Shown here: positions 60,101-64,000 of the stretch, piece after piece
Layout: each line of letters opens with the position of its first letter
Position numbering within the stretch: the stretch's first letter is position 1
Source of the DNA: Cirrosporium novae-zelandiae
Taxonomy: Eukaryota
Reading direction: 5' to 3'
Assembly (NCBI GenBank): GCA_026023565.1
Contig: JAPETS010000023.1
Span: 124,001 to 188,000, forward strand
Length of the DNA stretch: 64,000 nucleotides
The notes under the pieces: generated by a model
The model's input: the letters and a program-made list of their open reading frames with translations, nothing else
Told to the model about the DNA's origin: nothing
Database searches by the model: none
Position numbers and translations under genes: made by a program

Positions 60101-60873
60101 CAGAATCTGGAATGACTCCTGATATCATCATTAACCCTCATGCCTTTCCTTCTCGTATGACTATCGGTATGTTAATTGAATCCCTCGCCGGTAAAGCTGG
60201 TGCCTGTCACGGCATCCCGCAAGACTGCACACCCTGGCAATTCGACGAGGAGAACACAGCGGCCGATTACTTCGGCCACCAGCTCATGAAAGCGGGCTAC
60301 AACTACAACGGTAACGAGCCGATGTATTCCGGTATCACGGGCCGCGAGTTTAGAGCCGATATCTACCTCGGTGTTGTCTATTACCAACGCCTACGGCATA
60401 TGGTGAATGACAAATACCAGGTGCGAACGACCGGACCGAATGACGGGCTGACGGGACAGCCTATCAAGGGTCGTGCCAAGGGCGGTGGAATCCGAGTTGG
60501 CGAAATGGAACGTGATGCCCTCCTTGCGCACGGCACTGCTTTCCTCATCCAAGACCGCCTCATGAATTGCTCTGATTATACCCAGACCTGGATATGTCGG
60601 TCATGCGGCTGCTTCCTCGGCATACAGCCTGTTGTGAACGAGTATAGTGCTAAGAGACGAGGAACCGGGCCCGTGAGGTGTAGGCTTTGTGCTAAGAAGG
60701 CGGGAGCGGCTGGGCAGATGGAGGAAAAGGAAAAGGTGTGGAGTGATGGGAGTGGGGGATGGTATACCGGTGGGGAGGACACGACGATGGTGGCAGTGCC
60801 AGGGGTATTAAGATACTTAGACGCGGAATTCGCAGCCATGGGGATGAAGATGAGGTTCCACATTGAGCCATAA
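57150..60873 (+). CDS. RPA135: RNA polymerase I second-largest subunit, 2 exons
   Basis: Intron 57660-57711. Motifs [75 protein letters not shown]. Confidence 0.97.
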
Positions 60874-61195
60874 AAAGGTAAAGGGGGCTGTCTGATACCT
60901 TCTGGGACTGATGCGTTTGTGTTTGCATAGCATAATGTGGGATTTTTAGGATAAAAAGTTGTACCTCTCGTGTCTTTTTTATTTAGAGATTGGGCGTACT
61001 ATTTTGATACTAGGCGCTCATAGATCATAGCATACTTACCGAAAGGGATGTATTCATTATGGAATAGATAAAATGTTGCTTCAAGAGCATTCCAGCGCAT
61101 TTTGGTGCCGTCATTTGAGTTATTTCAACTAATTCTTCTAGTACATACACCTGAACTCCCTAGCCGGTCTTCATTCCCAGCCTTCTTTCATCGCC

Positions 61196-62232
61196 TCACT
61201 GATCCACCTCCATCTTTTCTACCACCACCACATCGCTAGACCCACTACTTGATGGCAACTCCGACACGGTTACATACTTACTGATGTCCTCCTTAGTAAT
61301 AATTTTCTCATTCAACCAAGCTGTGGTGCCTCTCTGGAACTTATAGTCCCTCTGTTTCCTCTCCCGCTGGTTTGGCCTGATGAAATTTCTCATCAGCGTA
61401 GCCTTTTCAGATGTGATGACACAGACGTCAACGTTGGAACCGGAGCCAAGATCGTTGAAGATACCAGCTTGAATGGCGCTAGAGGCGAGTTTAACGGCTT
61501 CTTCGCGAGTCATGGACCTCTTCCATTGAGTTTCGAAGACGGACATTGCAGCGAGGGAGCCAGAGCCCATGGTTACATATGGTAGTTTGTCAGTGCTACC
61601 ATGAGCATGGACGGTATATAAACCAACGCCTGTAGGGTCAACGCCTGCTACCACCAAATAAGCACCAATGTGTCCTTGGTATCGGAAGAGGTGTTGTTTA
61701 AGCATCGTCATGCAGGTGACAACGCGGGGTTCCCGGCCAGTGGAGAGAGCATGTAGTTCGAGGTTAGAGGATATAAGGGCGGTGGTGAATTCAGTATCAG
61801 CCGCTGTGCCAGCGCCCGCGCACCAGATTTTGGGAGAGATGTAATGTAATTTTTCACAATTCTGAGGCGGGAGTGGTTAGTGTAACTGATTGCAATAGTG
61901 AGGGCGAGATGCTGAATGATGTACCTTATCTGCTACGATGGGGCCACTTGTTGCCCTTGTATCAGCTGCGATCTAGAGGGTCACATCGTCAGTTTGTGTT
62001 TGCTAATATGAGGGAGCCGTAATGATAATTGGTTGAAATGCTATTTTCAAAGTCTAAGAAGTAGGAAAGTTCAAGTCAAAAAGATGAGATTTACTAAGGG
62101 CCTTACCACAACACCTCCATCGTATATACATCCAACAATTGTAGTTCCAGTGCTGGTAGCCTTTGGTAGGGGAACTCCTCGTGCATGAAGGGCTGCATTT
62201 CGATTATGGTTTGAGAAATCGAAGCCAGGCAT
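61196..62232 (-). CDS. PUP1: 20S proteasome beta-2 subunit (trypsin-like), 3 exons
   Basis: [12 protein letters not shown]...[10 protein letters not shown] (catalytic Thr), [42 protein letters not shown]. Confidence 0.96.
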
Positions 62233-62626
62233 GTTGGTGATAGCGTATCAGTAAAGAGGCTATTTGTATAAACGTGGAGCGGTCCTATTTTTATCTGAGA
62301 GCCAGAAGGTAGATGACTTAGGAATGAAAGTCGACTTGACTTGGTGGTTGAGGGTTGTGAGGGTTCAGATGAAGCGAAGCTTCGTGAGCTCAAGTTGCCT
62401 GGACATGTCTGGTTCGTCACTATCAAGTTTAAGCGAGGCTTCTTCGTCAAAACTTACCACTCTGGTCGCGTCCTTCCTCCTGGGCTTCTCTGGGCGTGTA
62501 AAGTGAAATGAAGCTCAGTTCCCAAAAACATCAGAAGTGAAATAACAAAGACTTCCTCCCTAAGAAATGCTAACAACCAAACAAATCTAAACCCGCAGGT
62601 TGCGGTACATCTCTACAGTCGCAACC

Positions 62627-64000
62627 ATGGCTCTTTCAAATCCCCAGGTACAAATGGGACCTGAGCTTCATGAAATCTCAGTAGAGGCAAGATATCTTAT
62701 TCCCGCCTTCCTAGCTAATAGCCATTGCTAATCTTAGATATATAGGGATTTGGATTTCGCTCCATTAATCGCGACGTTAAACTGAAACTCTTCCCTACCC
62801 CATGGCCCTCTGATAATCTTCCTCATTCTACTTCATCGCTTTTAGCTATTGCATCGCAACATGGCGTCTTGGTTGCAGCTGGGCCGGATTACGTTGTGGT
62901 CGCAGAAACGGAATCTATACGAGACTGCCTCTTGAAACCAGGACTCACAGATGATGGAGAAAGGCTTCCTGATATCAGATCGTATACACCTAAGCTTTCC
63001 ATACCCATACCAAGGGTATCTCGGGTAGCCTTCACAGCAGATGAGAAGTATCTGCTGCTGTCAGCAGAATCCAGCAGTGACTTGGCCGTCTACGAATTGG
63101 CTGCTCTCTTAAATGGGAATACACAACCTACTTTTCAAATTTCTACAAATAATGCATCTCTTCGGACTCTGGCACCCAACCCAGCTTCAGGACTTATAGC
63201 GATTGTCACGTCTATGGGGCAGCTTCTGCTCGCAGACCTTGAAACACGATCGCTCGTCAACAATGGACAGGTATTCAAGGATGGTGTTAGCTGCGTGGCA
63301 TGGAGTAACAAAGGAAAACAGTTAGTTGCTGGTCTTGGCGATGGAACCCTATGTCAAATGAAGACAGACGGGAGTGTAGTAGCTGAGATACCATCTCCAC
63401 AAGGACTACAGGGCGAATATCATGGTGCGTTGGGCTTCAAAATTTTCATTCTCCGTCATGTTGACTGGTTTTTTTAGTGTCCTCGGTTTTGTGGTTACAG
63501 AATGACCTCTTCCTGGTAGTCCACACACCTACCAGAAATAATGATCCCCCTGATCCATCGGAACTTCATGTAATTAATCGGGAACCTCCTTCGTCCTATA
63601 TATTTTCTCACCTTCCTGATCCTTCTCCTCCTTTTGGTCTTATTCGACAGCCTGCACACTATTTCCTGTCTCGACTCCGAAAGTTTCCCCCCGATATAGA
63701 GGACATGATCTTAGCAGCATCTACTTGTTCGAGTGATATTGGGGTTCTGACCCGTTCAGCGAAAGCTCTTGCGCAGCTGGACGACGTGCCCACTGAAGAA
63801 ATAACAAATACCTTCACCGTAACTTCACCTGGAGATGATGCAGATAGAGCTACTCTTCCAATGGGGGAAAATTCGACGGATACCTCCCCAATCGGTGTTG
63901 CTCTAGATCTTTCGAGTCGTATGAAGGTGTGGAAACCTATTCCTACTTCGGATATTGAGGAATCCCCCACCCCTTTGCCTGGGCTTGTGGTCTTAAACAA
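62627..64000 (+). CDS. NUP159: Nucleoporin Nup159/Nup146 N-terminal beta-propeller (5' part; runs off the window)
   Basis: MALSNPQVQMGPELHEISVE/GFGF...KLFPTPWPSDNLP..SSLLAIAS...VSCVAWSNKGKQLVAGLGDG...YH/VSSVLWLQNDLFLVVH...PIGVALDLSS. Confidence 0.88.

Noticed and set aside
1..64000. Antisense ORFs within real genes, and prokaryotic-type systems (CRISPR, operons, defence islands)
   Set aside because: The antisense ORFs are codon-bias shadows. The DNA is fungal and shows no repeat-spacer array.

Overview
Eukaryotic, intron-containing DNA from a filamentous ascomycete (Pezizomycotina-type genes, short GT-AG introns with CTRAY branch sites). I can support about 21 protein-coding genes. Most are housekeeping: GTPBP2-like GTPase, MTQ2, TSR2, SUP35/eRF3, YRB30, SDH7, TIM17, VAC7, PIN2, RCR, ARL8, RPA135, PUP1 and the 5' part of NUP159. 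A few look accessory: an intronless GT1 glycosyltransferase, a P450 and an HSL-type esterase. There is also a C2H2 transcription factor behind an ~8 kb gene-free region, and an eEF1B-gamma pseudogene fragment. The best leads are: (1) a 110-aa Cys/His-rich gene ending in CCGVM that the ORF track misses; (2) a MuDR/WRKY-GCM1-domain gene with no transposase core, head-to-head with SDH7; (3) a metallophosphoesterase-RRM-RGG protein with altered metal ligands; (4) two apparent functional neighbourhoods, one for translation termination/rescue and one for endo-vacuolar trafficking. I found no tRNA, rRNA, CRISPR array or intact transposon. Exon boundaries were read by eye and family calls come from motif recognition, not database searches.
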